Positions 22,751 through 24,000 of a DNA stretch of 24,000 nucleotides are shown piece after piece; within the stretch, counting starts at the first letter, position 1, and every line of letters begins with the position of its first letter. Source of the stretch: Vagococcus intermedius (lineage in GTDB: Bacteria; Bacillota; Bacilli; Lactobacillales; Vagococcaceae); contig NZ_CP110232.1 of the NCBI RefSeq assembly GCF_029144185.1, forward strand, positions 1,422,164-1,446,163. Direction: 5' to 3'. The position numbers and the translations under genes were made by a program. The notes beneath the pieces are model-generated. The model ran no database searches and was not told the origin of the DNA. It worked only from the letters and a program-made list of their open reading frames with translations.

Positions 22751-24000
22751 TTATGACCAGTCGTAACGTAAAATGGGCTGTCTTGCAGCTGTCACTTCAT
22801 CTAAACGCTTAACCAACGTATCGTGAGGTGCTTCTTTCACTTTTTCTGGGCTTTGACATGCTATCTCATATATCTCATGATAAATACGAATAACCTCATC
22901 CAACGTTTGTTTTGATTCTGTCTCAGTTGGTTCCACCATTAAAGCTTCTGGCACAACATTTGGGAAATACATAGTTGGTGGATGAATACCGTAATCTAGC
23001 ATGGCTTTGGCTATATCTAGTGCCGTAACATCATGATTTTTTTTCAAATTTTCTAAAGTCATCACAAACTCATGCATACAATAACCTGGATAAGCTATCT
23101 CATAGCAATCTTTCAAGTGATGGCGTAAATAATTAGCATTTAAAACTGCTTGGTTAGCGGCTTCTCTAATCCCTTCATTCCCCAAGATTGAAATATAGGT
23201 AAAGGCTCGTAAAACCGTTAAGAAATGACCATAAAAAGCCTTCATTCGACCAATAGACTGTTCAGGTCGAATCATATCGTAACCATTATCAGTTAATACT
23301 GGGTAGTCAGTTGGTAGAAAGTCTTTTAAAAAGTCTTTACAACCAATAGGGCCAGAACCTGGACCACCTCCTCCATGGGGAGTTGAGAATGTTTTATGAA
23401 GATTTAGGTGAACCACATCGAAGCCCATGTCACCAGGTCGAACCACGCCCATAATCGGGTTAAGATTTGCTCCATCATAATACGTCAGACCCCCACATTG
23501 ATGGACTAGTTCTGTTATTTCTAAAATATGTTCTTCAAAAATCCCGACTGTATTTGGATTGGTTAACATTAACCCAGCTATCTCTTCTGATAGGAGTTCC
23601 TTAAATGCATCCATATCCACGCTACCTTGCGGATTTGAGGGAATATTGACTGTCTCATAACCAACCATTGCCGCACTCGCTGGATTGGTTCCGTGAGCCG
23701 CTTCAGGAATTAAGATCTTAGTTCTACGTTCTTGTCCTTTTGATTCATGATATGCTTTAAAAATCAATAATGCTGTTAACTCACCATGGGCTCCTGCTGC
23801 TGGCTGAAACGTCATATGAGCCATTCCAGTTATTTCCGTTAAACGTTCTTCAGCAAGAGATAGTAACTCTAAAGCCCCTTGAACCGTTGACAGAGGCTGT
23901 AAAGGATGAAGGTTCGCAAATTGAGGTAAACTGGCCAATTCATCGTTAATTTTGGGATTGTATTTCATCGTACACGAACCCAATGGGTAAAAACCATCAT
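22751..24000 (-). CDS. gcvPB: glycine dehydrogenase (aminomethyl-transferring) subunit 2, 5'-truncated by the window edge
   Basis: Contains GFYPLGSCTMKYNPK (reading frame open to position 24000), LNLHKTFSTPHGGGGPG with the PLP-lysine region, and a C-terminal RYDWS-type end. The true start lies beyond the window. Confidence 0.9.
   Translation of the reverse strand, partial: DGFYPLGSCTMKYNPKINDELASLPQFANLHPLQPLSTVQGALELLSLAEERLTEITGMAHMTFQPAAGAHGELTALLIFKAYHESKGQERRTKILIPEAAHGTNPASAAMVGYETVNIPSNPQGSVDMDAFKELLSEEIAGLMLTNPNTVGIFEEHILEITELVHQCGGLTYYDGANLNPIMGVVRPGDMGFDVVHLNLHKTFSTPHGGGGPGSGPIGCKDFLKDFLPTDYPVLTDNGYDMIRPEQSIGRMKAFYGHFLTVLRAFTYISILGNEGIREAANQAVLNANYLRHHLKDCYEIAYPGYCMHEFVMTLENLKKNHDVTALDIAKAMLDYGIHPPTMYFPNVVPEALMVEPTETESKQTLDEVIRIYHEIYEIACQSPEKVKEAPHDTLVKRLDEVTAARQPILRYDWS

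Noticed and set aside
1-24000. Mobile elements, CRISPR arrays, rRNA/tRNA genes, defence systems
   Set aside because: I found no transposase, integrase or recombinase ORFs, no long terminal inverted or direct repeats, no regularly spaced repeats, and no tRNA-like or rRNA-like sequence in either strand. No ORF resembles known defence-system components.

Overview
This is a chromosomal segment from a low-GC Firmicute, Lactobacillales-like by gene content and codon style. I saw no rRNA, tRNA, CRISPR array, transposase or phage gene.

Gene order:
- A four-gene lower mevalonate pathway operon (mvk-mvaD-mvaK2-fni, + strand).
- A membrane-anchored glycerophosphodiester phosphodiesterase, split into two ORFs at a poly(A) tract.
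- A MarR regulator divergent from a YccF-family membrane protein.
- A RimL-like GNAT acetyltransferase.
- A very AT-rich stand-alone Mga/RofA-like regulator.
- An autoregulated TetR-DUF2871 pair.
- An NAD(P)H-binding oxidoreductase.
- A BceAB-type ABC transporter with no adjacent two-component system.
- A TetR-controlled pair of SMR efflux genes.
- A canonical T-box leader (specifier most likely UAC, Tyr) in front of an NhaC-family transporter.
- A convergent COG2984/COG4120/COG1101-type ABC uptake operon.
- fhs and the 3' part of gcvPB.

The most unusual signal is the roughly 330-nt leader of the ABC uptake operon (about 20523-20875, minus strand). It holds a good sigma-A promoter and a 20-codon ORF with an SD and two Trp codons near its end (AWQSWRR-stop). 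It also holds an exact 10-nt repeat that sets up three mutually exclusive helices (anti-antiterminator, antiterminator, terminator with U7), followed by a second terminator-like hairpin. This looks like a leader-peptide Trp attenuator on a transporter family that, as far as I recall, is T-box controlled in streptococci. The geometry is not classical, so the mechanism is unresolved.

All calls are by eye from the sequence and the supplied ORF track. No database search was run.
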